Positions 47,206 to 56,821 of a stretch of DNA of 64,000 bases are shown piece by piece; positions within the stretch are counted from its first letter, which is position 1, and each line of letters opens with the position of its first letter. Both the position numbers and the translations under genes were made by a program. The notes under the pieces were generated by a model. The model was not told where the DNA came from. It saw only the letters and a list, made by a program, of their open reading frames with translations, and did no database searches. The DNA is from Lentisphaerota bacterium. GTDB lineage: Bacteria > Verrucomicrobiota > Kiritimatiellia > CAIQIC01 > JAGNIJ01. The DNA lies in contig JBPOJF010000006.1 in assembly GCA_052033915.1 (NCBI GenBank), positions 275,544-339,543 of the forward strand, in the 5' to 3' direction.

Positions 47206-48450
47206 TTACTCTGCCGCTTTGAAGCAAAGCGTGGCGTTATGACCGCCGAAGCCCAGGGAGTTGTTCAGGCAGGCTTTTACCTTCATCGGCCGCGCCTGGT
47301 TCGGGACATAGTCCAGATCGCACGCCGGGTCCGGCGTCTCGTAATTGATCGTCGGCGGCACGACGCCGTTCCGAACCGCGAGAACGCAGGCCACGGATTC
47401 GACGGCACCCGCCGCGCCGAGCAGATGGCCGGTCATGGACTTGGTCGAACTGATGGCCACCTTTTTCGCGTTGTCGAGGCCGAGCGCCATCTTGATCGCG
47501 AGGGTCTCGCACTTGTCGTTCAATTCCGTGCTTGTGCCGTGCGCGTTGATGTAGTCGATCTCCTCGGCGCGCAGCCCGGCGTCCTCGAACGCCAGTTGCA
47601 TTCCGCGCGCGGCGCCCTTGCCTTCCGAGTCCGGCGCGGTGATGTGGAAGGCGTCACAGGTGCGGCCGTAGCCGGCCAATTCACAGTAAATCTTCGCGCC
47701 GCGCTTCTTCGCGTGCTCGTATTCTTCGAGGACAAGAACGCCGGCGCCCTCGCCGATGACGAACCCGTCGCGGTTCGCGTCGAACGGGCGGCTGGCCCGG
47801 GTCGGATCATCGTTGCGGGTGCTCAGCGCGCGCATCGCGCAGAAACCGCCGACGCCAAGCGCGCAGATAGGCGCCTCGGTGCCGCCGGCCAGCATGACAT
47901 CGGCCTCGTTGTGCTGAAGAATGCGAAGGGATTCGCCGATCGAATGCGTCCCCGTCGCGCAGGCGGAGACCACACCGAAATTGGGACCGTTGAGGCGGTG
48001 ATCGATGGCGATATAGCCGCTGACGATGTTGCTGATCATCTGCGGAATCATGAACGGGGAAAACCGGGACGGCCCCTTGGCGATGAAGACCTCCATCTGC
48101 TCCTGCAGAATTTGCAGGCCGCCGACGCCCGACCCCACCAGTACGCCCACTCGCTCGTTGTTCCCGGCGGAGAAGTCGAGCCCGCTGTCCTGGACCGCAA
48201 GTTTCGCGGCCGCGATGCCGTAATGGCAAAAGGGGTCCATCCGGCGCTGTTCCTTCTTGGAGACGAATTCGTCGATATTGAAATCGACCACCTCGCCGGC
48301 AATCCGGGACGTGAACTTGGAGCAGTCGAAACGACTGATGGCGCGAATGCCCGAATGGCCATTCAGCAGGCGCTCCCAGAACTTGTTGATATCGCATCCC
48401 AGGGGGGACACGAGGCCCATGCCCGTCACGACGACTTTTTTGCGTTCCAT
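47206..48450 (-). CDS. fabF: 3-oxoacyl-ACP synthase II
   Basis: KAS II active-site context (SACATGTHSIG, HGTSTELND, GFGGHNA). Confidence 0.9.
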   Translation of the reverse strand: MERKKVVVTGMGLVSPLGCDINKFWERLLNGHSGIRAISRFDCSKFTSRIAGEVVDFNIDEFVSKKEQRRMDPFCHYGIAAAKLAVQDSGLDFSAGNNERVGVLVGSGVGGLQILQEQMEVFIAKGPSRFSPFMIPQMISNIVSGYIAIDHRLNGPNFGVVSACATGTHSIGESLRILQHNEADVMLAGGTEAPICALGVGGFCAMRALSTRNDDPTRASRPFDANRDGFVIGEGAGVLVLEEYEHAKKRGAKIYCELAGYGRTCDAFHITAPDSEGKGAARGMQLAFEDAGLRAEEIDYINAHGTSTELNDKCETLAIKMALGLDNAKKVAISSTKSMTGHLLGAAGAVESVACVLAVRNGVVPPTINYETPDPACDLDYVPNQARPMKVKACLNNSLGFGGHNATLCFKAAE

Positions 48451-48547
48451 AATTCCTCTCCCGCGCGGAGATTCGCGCCGCGCGCGTCGTCAAAAAAGAG
48501 GCCGATGATGACCCCTTGGCCATCACCGGCCACCACATCCGCCGCGA

Positions 48548-48787
48548 CTACCCGCCGAAGCCTTTTTCCTTCAGGTAGTTGATGACGGCGCCGACGGTCG
48601 TCAGCTTCTCGGCATCTTCATCCGGAATCTCGGCTCCGAACTCTTCCTCGAACGCCATGACGAGTTCCACCGTGTCCAGGGAATCCGCCCCGAGGTCTTC
48701 GATAAAAGACGCTTCGGGAGTAACCTGTTCCGGGTTCACGCCGAGTTGTTCAACGATGATGTCTTTGACTTTATCTTCGATCGCCAT
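48548..48787 (-). CDS. acpP: Acyl carrier protein
   Basis: [20 protein letters not shown] phosphopantetheine-attachment motif, 79 aa. Confidence 0.9.
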   Translation of the reverse strand: MAIEDKVKDIIVEQLGVNPEQVTPEASFIEDLGADSLDTVELVMAFEEEFGAEIPDEDAEKLTTVGAVINYLKEKGFGG

Positions 48788-48814
48788 GTGCTTTCCTCCT
48801 TAATCCTGAATCAT

Positions 48815-49561
48815 TTACGCTGTCACCATACCACCGCAGACCGTCAAAACCTGGCCCGTGACATACGAAGCCGCGTCACCGGCCAGAAACAGTACCACAT
48901 TTGCCACATCCTCAGGCAATCCAAAACGGCCCAACGGAATGGCTTCCAACATCTTCTTCTGAATATCCTCGGGCAGCTTCTCGGTCATCCTGGTCTTGAT
49001 GAAACCCGGAGCCACCGCGTTCGCGCGAATATTGCGCGCCGCCAACTCCTTGGCCACCGACTTGGTCAAAGCAATCAATCCGGCCTTGGATGCGGCATAG
49101 TTACACTGTCCGGCATTTCCGATCAAGCCTATGATCGAGGCCACATTCACAATCGCGCCCGCCCGCTGCTTCATCATGGGCCGGGCAACCGCCTTCGTGA
49201 ACAGGAACGCCCCTTTCAGGTTCACCTGCAACACCTTGTCCCAATCCTCCTCGGACATCCGGATCAGGAGGGTGTCGCGCGTGATCCCCGCGTTATTGAC
49301 CAGAATATCGATTTTCCCGAACGTCTCGGCGATCCGGTCCACCGTGGCCTGCACCGCCGCCCCATTGCTCACATCCACCGCGAAACATTCCACACGACGA
49401 CCCATCGCCGCGATCAGGCCGGCCGTTTCCACCAGCCAGTCCTTCTCCACGTCGCAAAGGGCAATGTCTGCGCCTTCCGAAGCCAGCTTCACGGCAATGG
49501 CCTGGCCGATGCCGCGCGCCGCTCCGGTCACAATCGCTATTCTGCCTTCGAGTTGTGCCAT
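48815..49561 (-). CDS. fabG: 3-oxoacyl-ACP reductase
   Basis: [20 protein letters not shown], and YAASKAG SDR motifs. Confidence 0.9.
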   Translation of the reverse strand: MAQLEGRIAIVTGAARGIGQAIAVKLASEGADIALCDVEKDWLVETAGLIAAMGRRVECFAVDVSNGAAVQATVDRIAETFGKIDILVNNAGITRDTLLIRMSEEDWDKVLQVNLKGAFLFTKAVARPMMKQRAGAIVNVASIIGLIGNAGQCNYAASKAGLIALTKSVAKELAARNIRANAVAPGFIKTRMTEKLPEDIQKKMLEAIPLGRFGLPEDVANVVLFLAGDAASYVTGQVLTVCGGMVTA

Positions 49562-49570
49562 AGTTCCCTT

Positions 49571-50497
49571 CTATACCAGGGCTTTCGCCACGGAGTCCAA
49601 ACTTGAAAGGTCGGAAATGTTATGCAAGACGCCCTCTTTGTCAATACGTCTTACAAGCCCGGAGAGCACTTTGCCCGGACCGCATTCCACGTAGGTTTTC
49701 ACCCCGTTCGACTTCATCCAGTTGACGCAGGAAACCCACTGGACCGACGAGGTCACCTGGCGGACCATCAGCCGGCGTATGTCGTCCGGCCGGCCGTGGG
49801 GCTCGCCCGTCACGTTGGAAAGCACGGTCATCCGCGGAGCCGAGAATTGAACCCCGGCCAGATACTCTTCCAGCCGTTTTGCCGCCGGGGCCATCAGCGC
49901 GGAATGGAACGCCCCGGCCACGTTCAGCCGGATCGCCTTCTTCACGCCCATCCCCTTCAGGGTTTGCTCGGCCTGGTCAATGCCCTCTTTACGGCCTGAT
50001 AAAACCGTTTGTTCCGGCGTGTTGAAGTTCGCGACCTCGACGCCGCAGTCCGAGGCGATCTTCCGGAGCGTTTCGGCTTCCTGGCCCATCACGGCCATCA
50101 TGGCGCCCGGATTTTCCTCGCACGCCTGCTGCATGAACCGGCCTCGCGCTTCAAGGACCTTGAGAGCTTCCTCGAAGGAAACCACACCGGCCGCGCACAG
50201 GGCCGACCACTCGCCCAGGCTGTGTCCGGCCGTCGCCGCAAAGGACAGGTCCGGGCGATTCTTCAGAAGGACGGCGTGACAGGCCAGGCTGACGACGAAA
50301 ACCGCCGGCTGGGTTACGGACGACTTGGTCAGTTCCTCGATCGGCCCCTCAAAGCACAGTGTGGACAGATCGTAGCCAAGCACCTCGTTGGCCTTGTCGA
50401 AAAGCGCCTTGCACTCGGCGTGCGCCCCGGCCAAATCCTTGCCCATGCCGACCGCCTGCGCGCCCTGTCCGGGAAAAATCAATGCTTTCATCGTCAT
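49571..50497 (-). CDS. fabD: Malonyl-CoA:ACP transacylase
   Basis: FPGQGAQ and GHSLGEWSAL active-site motifs. Confidence 0.9.
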   Translation of the reverse strand: MTMKALIFPGQGAQAVGMGKDLAGAHAECKALFDKANEVLGYDLSTLCFEGPIEELTKSSVTQPAVFVVSLACHAVLLKNRPDLSFAATAGHSLGEWSALCAAGVVSFEEALKVLEARGRFMQQACEENPGAMMAVMGQEAETLRKIASDCGVEVANFNTPEQTVLSGRKEGIDQAEQTLKGMGVKKAIRLNVAGAFHSALMAPAAKRLEEYLAGVQFSAPRMTVLSNVTGEPHGRPDDIRRLMVRQVTSSVQWVSCVNWMKSNGVKTYVECGPGKVLSGLVRRIDKEGVLHNISDLSSLDSVAKALV

Positions 50498-50543
50498 GTC
50501 ATGACTCCGAAATTTGGAATCCGGAACATTGGAACCGGGAACG

Positions 50544-51557
50544 CTACTTGTCCCACTCGATCACGGAGGCACCCCACGTGAATCCGCCGCCGAACGCGGT
50601 CAACAGGATCCGGTGTCCCTTCTTCAGCTTTCCGCTGCGGGCCAGTTCGTCCAGGGCCACCGAGATCGTCGCGGCGGACGTGTTGCCGTATCGGTCGAGG
50701 TTGATCACCAGCTTTTCCCGCGGCTCGCCCAGCCGGTCGGCAATCGCGTCAATGATCCGGAGATTCGCCTGGTGGGGAATAATCCAGTCAATGTCGCGCG
50801 CGGTCAGCCCGGCCCGCCGGATCGCTTCTCTGGATGACTTGACCATGTTGTTCACCGCATGCTTGAAGACTTCGCGGCCGGCCATCTTGAGATAGTGAAG
50901 GCCGTCCTTCACCGTCTGTTCGCTGGCGGGCCTGCGGCTGCCGCCCGCCGGAAGCATCAGCAGTTCGCCCAGCGAGCCGTCCGAGCCGAACGCGGAGGCC
51001 ATCAATCCATGCGGCGCATTGCGCGCCTGCAGAACCGCCACGCCGGCGGCATCTCCGAACAGGACGCAGGTGTTGCGATCCTTCCAATCGACAAACGCGC
51101 TCATCTTCTCGGCGCCAACGACCAGCGCCGTCTCCACGACTCCCGAGGCCACGTAATTCCTGGCCGTCTCGAGGGCGAAGATGAACCCGGAACAGGCGGC
51201 CTCCAGGTCGAAACAAAAAGCGTTCTTCGCGCCGATCAACGTCTGCACCAGACACGCCGTGCTGGGGAAGCCCATATCCGGCGTGATCGTGGCCACCACG
51301 ATCAGCCCGACATCCTCCGCCTTGACGCCGGCGTCCGCCAGCGCCTTGCGGGCCGCCTCGGCGGCGAGATCGGATGTGGCCTGCTCCGCGGCGGCGATGC
51401 GCCGCTCACGGATCCCGGTGCGCGTGACAATCCACTCGTCGGACGTATCCACCATCTTTTCCAGCTCGGCATTGGTCAGGATACGATCCGGCGCGTACGA
51501 ACCCGTCCCCACGATGGAAACCGTCCGCCCCAGTAAAGGTGTCTTCTTTGTCGTCAT
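50544..51557 (-). CDS. fabH: 3-oxoacyl-ACP synthase III
   Basis: The start is at [23 protein letters not shown] (the ORF is extended upstream). ACSGF Cys, and GGGFTWGA at the C-terminus. It overlaps the plsX stop. Confidence 0.9.
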   Translation of the reverse strand: MTTKKTPLLGRTVSIVGTGSYAPDRILTNAELEKMVDTSDEWIVTRTGIRERRIAAAEQATSDLAAEAARKALADAGVKAEDVGLIVVATITPDMGFPSTACLVQTLIGAKNAFCFDLEAACSGFIFALETARNYVASGVVETALVVGAEKMSAFVDWKDRNTCVLFGDAAGVAVLQARNAPHGLMASAFGSDGSLGELLMLPAGGSRRPASEQTVKDGLHYLKMAGREVFKHAVNNMVKSSREAIRRAGLTARDIDWIIPHQANLRIIDAIADRLGEPREKLVINLDRYGNTSAATISVALDELARSGKLKKGHRILLTAFGGGFTWGASVIEWDK

Positions 51558-52570
51558 AAAGCGCTGTCCAACTTCTTCACGCCTTCCACAATCATGTGAT
51601 TCAGCTTGTGGGCCACAGACTCGTTGGCCACCCGAATCCCGTTGCAGACCGCATGGGCGTTCGAAACGCCGTGCCCAATAATGGTGACGCCGTTCACGCC
51701 CAGCAAGGGCGCGCCGCCGTACATCGACGGATCGGCCTTCTTCTTGATCGAGTTGATCCCCGGCCTCAACAGCATCGCGCCGAGAAGGCGAACCCAGTTC
51801 TTTGTAAATTCTTCCTTGAGCCACTTGCCTATCGCGTGGGCCGCGCTCTCGCTCGTCTTCAGCACCACGTTGCCGACGAAACCGTCGCACACCACAACGT
51901 CAATGCGGCCCTCATACAGGTCATGCCCCTCGACATTCCCCGCGAAATTCAACCCGGACCGCTCCAGGATCTTGAACGTCTCCTTGGTCGTCTCGTTGCC
52001 CTTCAAATCCTCCGTGCCGACGCTCAGCAGGCCGACCGACGGATTCTCCCGGCCCACGATCTGCCGGGAGTACACCGAGCCCATCACGGCAAACTGCGAC
52101 AGGATGGTCGGCGTGCAGTCCGTCGTCGCGCCGGCGTCCAGCAGGACGAACGGCTTGACCGGCGTCGGCATCACGCAGGCGATCGCCGCCCGGTCCACCC
52201 CTTCCAGCGTCCGCAGCTTGAGCTGGGATGCCGCGACGGCTGCGCCGGTGTTGCCGGCCGAAAAGACCGCATCCGCTTCGCCGGCCTTGATCAGATCGAC
52301 CGCGAGGCTGATCGAGGAATCCTTCTTCCGGCGGATCGCCGTGGCGGGCGACTCGTCCATCGACACCACCTTGGCCGCGTGCCGGATCTCGATGATGCCG
52401 GGAATCTCCCCCCACGAGGACAACTCGCGACGGATCGTCGCCTCATCCCCGACGAGGAACAGCTTGGAAATGCCCTTCACGGAGCGCGCGGCTTCCACCG
52501 CGCCCGCGATGATCTCCTTGGGAGCGAAATCGCCCCCCATGGCATCCACGGCTATGCGCGACTCACTCAT
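51554..52570 (-). CDS. plsX: Phosphate acyltransferase PlsX
   Basis: [13 protein letters not shown]-terminus, with GNVEG and GHGVS motifs. Confidence 0.9.
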   Translation of the reverse strand: MSESRIAVDAMGGDFAPKEIIAGAVEAARSVKGISKLFLVGDEATIRRELSSWGEIPGIIEIRHAAKVVSMDESPATAIRRKKDSSISLAVDLIKAGEADAVFSAGNTGAAVAASQLKLRTLEGVDRAAIACVMPTPVKPFVLLDAGATTDCTPTILSQFAVMGSVYSRQIVGRENPSVGLLSVGTEDLKGNETTKETFKILERSGLNFAGNVEGHDLYEGRIDVVVCDGFVGNVVLKTSESAAHAIGKWLKEEFTKNWVRLLGAMLLRPGINSIKKKADPSMYGGAPLLGVNGVTIIGHGVSNAHAVCNGIRVANESVAHKLNHMIVEGVKKLDSAL

Positions 52571-52748
52571 CCGCGGAAATGATCAACACCTGCCGTCCCC
52601 GATACGCGCCGCACTTGGGGCACACGCGATGAGGCAAATGGGGCTCTCCACATTTCGGGCAGGCCTTGGCCGCCGGAATCGCTCTCTTGTGCGATGCCGC
52701 GCGCATCCGGGCCTTGCTTTTCGATTTCTTCCTCTTTGGAACACCCAT
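52563..52748 (-). CDS. rpmF: 50S ribosomal protein L32
   Basis: [21 protein letters not shown]...CPKCG...CPKCG, 61 aa. Confidence 0.85.
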   Translation of the reverse strand: MGVPKRKKSKSKARMRAASHKRAIPAAKACPKCGEPHLPHRVCPKCGAYRGRQVLIISADE

Positions 52749-52760
52749 GGAAGTCTCTCC

Positions 52761-53228
52761 TTACTTCAGTTTCAACTTATCCAATTCCGACCATCTGCCC
52801 CCGTCACCGGACGCCGGCTTGCAGGAACACGGCCCTTCATTCCAGTTCTTACCGCACCGCGGACACAAGCCTTTGCACGTAGGTGAGCAGAGGGGAAATG
52901 TCGCAAGATTTACGAGGATATCTTCGCGGATATCCTCCGTCAAATCCACCGTCTCTGTGCCTTCCGGCACGGCGTAAGCGCGTAGAAAAGACGAAACCGT
53001 CATGGTTGTCGAGAAAAAATCCGCGCACTTTGAGCATTCAAAGGCCATTTTGACTCTCAACGTGCCGCTGACAATCAACTCGCGAGAGACCTTTTCGACC
53101 TGAAAATCGTAGCAAACCGGCCCTTCCGGCTTCGCCGGCGGGCCCCCCCCCAATTCCAGAATTTCCGCCGGCTCCTCGCCTTCAAAGCGCTCCCCCTCCG
53201 GCGGAATTTTTGCGACTTCGATTTTCAT
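52761..53228 (-). CDS. yceD: DUF177 (YceD-family) protein
   Basis: A C-terminal CxxC...CxxC (CSPTCKGLCPRCG) and its position upstream of rpmF-plsX. Confidence 0.75.
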   Translation of the reverse strand: MKIEVAKIPPEGERFEGEEPAEILELGGGPPAKPEGPVCYDFQVEKVSRELIVSGTLRVKMAFECSKCADFFSTTMTVSSFLRAYAVPEGTETVDLTEDIREDILVNLATFPLCSPTCKGLCPRCGKNWNEGPCSCKPASGDGGRWSELDKLKLK

Positions 53229-53275
53229 GAGGTTCGGCGGCTCCCCAGGCCGTTCGGCCGGGTCCGGGCACGCGG

Positions 53276-53767
53276 CTACTTCCGCCCGCCCTTCCCCAGC
53301 TTGGCGATCAGCGCCTCCTGAACGGGCGGGGCGACGAAGTTGCTGACATCGCCGCCGAGTTGCGCGACTTCCCGCACGGTGCTGGAACTGACGTAGCTGT
53401 AGTCCTCGTTCGGCATCAGGAAGATGGTCTCGATGTCCGGCGCGATCTTGCGGTTCGTCAACGCCATCTGGAATTCGAACTCGAAGTCCGAAAACGCCCT
53501 CAGGCCGCGAACCACGATATGAACGCCCTTCGACCGGACGTAGTTCATCAGGAGGCCGCTGAACGACTCCACGGAGACGTTTGGAAAATTCCTCGTCACC
53601 TCGCGAACCATGCCCACGCGCTCGTCGATATTGAACAACAGCGCTTTGCGCGAGTCGTCCGCAACGGCGATGGTGAGGTGATCGACCAGCTTGGACGCGC
53701 GCTCGATCAGGTCGAGATGGCCCAGTGTGATCGGATCAAACGTTCCGGCATAAACGGCATTTTTCAT
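53276..53767 (-). CDS. coaD: Phosphopantetheine adenylyltransferase
   Basis: AVYAGTFDPITLGHLDLIERA (HxGH) and SSTVRE motifs. The start is at MKNAVY. Confidence 0.85.
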   Translation of the reverse strand: MKNAVYAGTFDPITLGHLDLIERASKLVDHLTIAVADDSRKALLFNIDERVGMVREVTRNFPNVSVESFSGLLMNYVRSKGVHIVVRGLRAFSDFEFEFQMALTNRKIAPDIETIFLMPNEDYSYVSSSTVREVAQLGGDVSNFVAPPVQEALIAKLGKGGRK

Positions 53768-54324
53768 CAATCGCTCCTCCTCAACATCAGCAGTCGTGTG
53801 CCCCCATACGTCCGATCTCGAAGGATATTCCATCCCGGCCGGACCGGCACATTTTCCGACGCGCCCTGCTCGAACACCAACACTCCGCCGGGCGACAAAA
53901 TACCACCCTCCTCCAGCGCCGGCAAGATCGCCTCTAGCCGGCGGGTCCGACCTTCCCGGTCGTACGGCGGGTCGGCGAGAATCAGGTGAAACGGCTCGCC
54001 GGTCCAGCCTTTTCTAAGGAATAGGTCCACATCGGACTGACGAATCATCGTCTCCCCGCCGTCGCGGCAGAGGGTTTGGACGTTTTCCTTCAGCGTCGCG
54101 AGCGCCCGGCGATCGCTTTCCACCCAGCAGACGAACGACGCACCGCGGCTCCAAGCCTCGATACCCAGCGCGCCCGAACCGGCAAACAGATCGAGAACCC
54201 GCGTCCCCACGACCGCCGCGCCGAGCGAGTTGAACAGCGCCGCGCGAACCTTGTCCTGTGTCGGCCGGATACCGCCCGGGACACGAATTTCACGCCGCGA
54301 GATGCTGCCGCCGGAAACACGCAT
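53767..54324 (-). CDS. rsmD: 16S rRNA (guanine966-N2)-methyltransferase
   Basis: RPTQDKVRAALFNSL, LDLFAGSGALGIEA, and LILADPPY motifs. Confidence 0.8.
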   Translation of the reverse strand: MRVSGGSISRREIRVPGGIRPTQDKVRAALFNSLGAAVVGTRVLDLFAGSGALGIEAWSRGASFVCWVESDRRALATLKENVQTLCRDGGETMIRQSDVDLFLRKGWTGEPFHLILADPPYDREGRTRRLEAILPALEEGGILSPGGVLVFEQGASENVPVRPGWNILRDRTYGGTRLLMLRRSD

Positions 54325-54580
54325 GGTCAGCCGTTGGGACCGGCACCCCCGACAGGGCTACCCAGGTAGAACGCCCCCAGCTTTTCGTAATCCTGCATGA
54401 GCAAGTCTCCTTTGACGACAAGGCTTCTCGATCTCCCGATATGGTACGTCACGCCGTCGCCGCCGTCCACTCCGCACTCAAGCCCGGGGGCGCCGGACGG
54501 AACTTTTTTTGTGGATTATCAACCGGGGCGCGCCTCCTTGACTTCACAGGCCGGCCGGTGAACAATTCCCTGCGGCTGCC

Positions 54581-55819
54581 ATGCCTGCGAAAAACGTGAC
54601 AGAACAAATCCAGGCCAACCGGATCGACGGCGCCGTGGTCGTCTGTCGGACGCTTGTATCGTCTTTCGTCAAAGACCCCGCGCGCATCGCCGAAACGGCC
54701 GAAATGGCCCGGCACGCCCAGTTGCTGGCGAGCAAACTTCAGTTCCCCTTGTCGGACGTGCAGAAGATGATCCTCGCCGCCTGGCTGTCGGCGCTCGACG
54801 ACCGGCGGGACCTGATCGATCCGCTCATCGCCCAGCACGGCTTGACGGAGGTTCTCGGCCTCGGCAAGCATGCCCCGGACGAGACCCATCCCCATCTCGG
54901 ATTCCAGATCCTGAGCCTCCTTTCCGGGTACGAGGAATTGAAGAAGGCAAAACCCGGCATCGAGAAGGATCCCGAGGCCGTTCAGAAGGATCTTCGCGAT
55001 CTCTGGGCCGTGACCCCGACCCGGCGGAGCCTGCTCAACCGGTTCATGCTCATCCTGAAAGACGAGTTGTTCCTCCAAAGCATCGAGGCCTCCGGCGCCA
55101 GAATCCTGATCGTGGACCCCAAGGAGGTCGCCTCGTCCGAACTGTCCCTCCCCCTCAAGAGCAAGAACTACCATGTCAAGGCGGTCGGCCATGTGCAGGG
55201 CGCGCTGAAGGCGATAGCCCTGGAAACTCCCGACGTCATTCTCTGCGAAATGAAGCTGCTCGTGGAGGACGGTCTCTCCTTCTGCCGGACGATCAAGTCG
55301 GACCCGGATCTCCGGGGCATTCCGTTCATCATGATGACCTCCAGCAAGAGCCAGCGCGTGGCGCGGGATTGCCTCAAGGCCGGAGCGGACGATGTCTTCG
55401 TCCGGCCGGTCGACATGGAACTGGTCTTCATCCGGCTCCGGAAGATACTCGGCGCGGCCCCGTCGAAGCCGGAGGGCGGAATGATCGGCTCGCTGAAGGA
55501 CATCCAGCTCAGCGACCTCATCCAGATCCTGTGCGCGGGCGCGAAAACCACCCGGGTCGAACTCGTCCACGGCGGCGAACGAGGCGCGATCTACATCCAG
55601 GGCGGCGACATCATCGAAGCCGAAGCCGGCGAGTTCCGCGCCGAGACGGCGTTCTACAGAATCATGGGCTGGAAAGAGGGAACATTCGCCACGCGGACCC
55701 CCCGGACATTCCCCGCGCGCGCTATCCAGGCTCCGGCCATGGGCCTCCTCATGGAAGCCGCGCGGCGGAACGACGAAGGCATCGCGCCGGACACCGCGCA
55801 AACGGAACCCGCGGAATAA
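54581..55819 (+). CDS. Response regulator with an N-terminal helical domain, a CheY-like receiver, and a C-terminal DUF4388 (PATAN-like) domain
   Basis: The receiver reads RILIVDPKEV...DVILCEMKLLVEDGLSFCRTIKSDPDLRGIPFIMMTSSK...GADDVFVRP. The C-terminal LSDLIQILCAGAKTTRVELVHGGERGAIYIQGGDIIEAEAGEFRAETAFYRIMGWKEGTFA segment aligns with the DUF4388 segment of the 745..2316 protein. Confidence 0.7.
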   Translation: MPAKNVTEQIQANRIDGAVVVCRTLVSSFVKDPARIAETAEMARHAQLLASKLQFPLSDVQKMILAAWLSALDDRRDLIDPLIAQHGLTEVLGLGKHAPDETHPHLGFQILSLLSGYEELKKAKPGIEKDPEAVQKDLRDLWAVTPTRRSLLNRFMLILKDELFLQSIEASGARILIVDPKEVASSELSLPLKSKNYHVKAVGHVQGALKAIALETPDVILCEMKLLVEDGLSFCRTIKSDPDLRGIPFIMMTSSKSQRVARDCLKAGADDVFVRPVDMELVFIRLRKILGAAPSKPEGGMIGSLKDIQLSDLIQILCAGAKTTRVELVHGGERGAIYIQGGDIIEAEAGEFRAETAFYRIMGWKEGTFATRTPRTFPARAIQAPAMGLLMEAARRNDEGIAPDTAQTEPAE

Positions 55820-55921
55820 ACGGGATTTCCAAGGACGCGCCAACGGACAGTTGACTCCGCGTTCCGCTTCGGAGAGGATGCGCCGAACATTTTGGGGGAG
55901 CACCCCAGAGGAGATATCACC

Positions 55922-56755
55922 ATGCCGGAGAGAAACCTGGTCTATCGCGGAAAATCGAAAGACGTCATCCGGATCGCTGAGGGCCCTCACGCCGGGAAAT
56001 ACAGGCTCGTCTTCACCGACAGAGCCACGGGCTACCTGGAAAACGGGAAACCCGTCTTCGACCCCGGGTACGACAAGGTGGTCGGCGAAATCCCCGGGAA
56101 AGGCGCCATTGCCTGCCGGTTCGCCGCGCATTTTTTCAACCTGCTGAAGAAGAAGGGCATCCCGTCGCACTACATCGACACGGTCGCGGAGAACGAGATG
56201 ATCGTGGAACCCGCCATCCCGCTGAGCATGGCGCCGGAAGCGCCGGAGTTTCCCGGGTCCGCCCCACTGTCGAACCTTGAGTTCACCTGGCGCAACAACG
56301 CCACCGGCAGCTTCTGGAGGCGGTATCCCTTCGTGAGGCCGTGCAAGCCGCTTCACAAGGTTGTGGAAATCTGGACCAAGGGCGACAGCGACATCCTGAT
56401 CACCGCGGAGGCCATCGAGGCCGCGGGCGCGATGAACAGGAACGAGATCGCCGAAAGCGTGAAACTCGTGAAGGACATCGCCGAAATCGTCTCCGAGGAA
56501 TTCGCCGCGCACGGCCTTCACGTCATCGACGGCAAGTTCGAGCTGGGCCGATTGAAAGACGGGGACGGCCGGATCGTCATCATCGACGAGATATCGCCGG
56601 ACGTGCTGCGCGTGTGCCGGGGGTTCTCCCCTGACCCGAACGGCAACTGCACGGAATACGCGCGGTGCGCGCAGACGGCTTGCGCCGACGGGAAGAGGAC
56701 CATCAAGAACCGGAACCAGGTCGCCGCCGCCGATTTCATCAACGTGTTCGTGTGA
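55922..56755 (+). CDS. purC: Phosphoribosylaminoimidazole-succinocarboxamide synthase
   Basis: LVYRGKSKDV N-terminal motif and the SAICAR synthetase core (DGKFELG). The start is at MPERNLVY. Confidence 0.85.
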   Translation: MPERNLVYRGKSKDVIRIAEGPHAGKYRLVFTDRATGYLENGKPVFDPGYDKVVGEIPGKGAIACRFAAHFFNLLKKKGIPSHYIDTVAENEMIVEPAIPLSMAPEAPEFPGSAPLSNLEFTWRNNATGSFWRRYPFVRPCKPLHKVVEIWTKGDSDILITAEAIEAAGAMNRNEIAESVKLVKDIAEIVSEEFAAHGLHVIDGKFELGRLKDGDGRIVIIDEISPDVLRVCRGFSPDPNGNCTEYARCAQTACADGKRTIKNRNQVAAADFINVFV

Positions 56756-56821
56756 CGGCCGGGGACTCCGCTCCGGATGGATCGAAACGGATGAGGACGG
56801 CGGCAGGGATTTGAACAGGCC

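Noticed and set aside
54500-54520. TGTGGATTATC, a DnaA-box-like 9-mer upstream of the REC-DUF4388 gene
   Set aside because: It is a single copy with one mismatch to TGTGGATAA. No cluster of boxes or AT-rich unwinding element is present, so it is not an origin.
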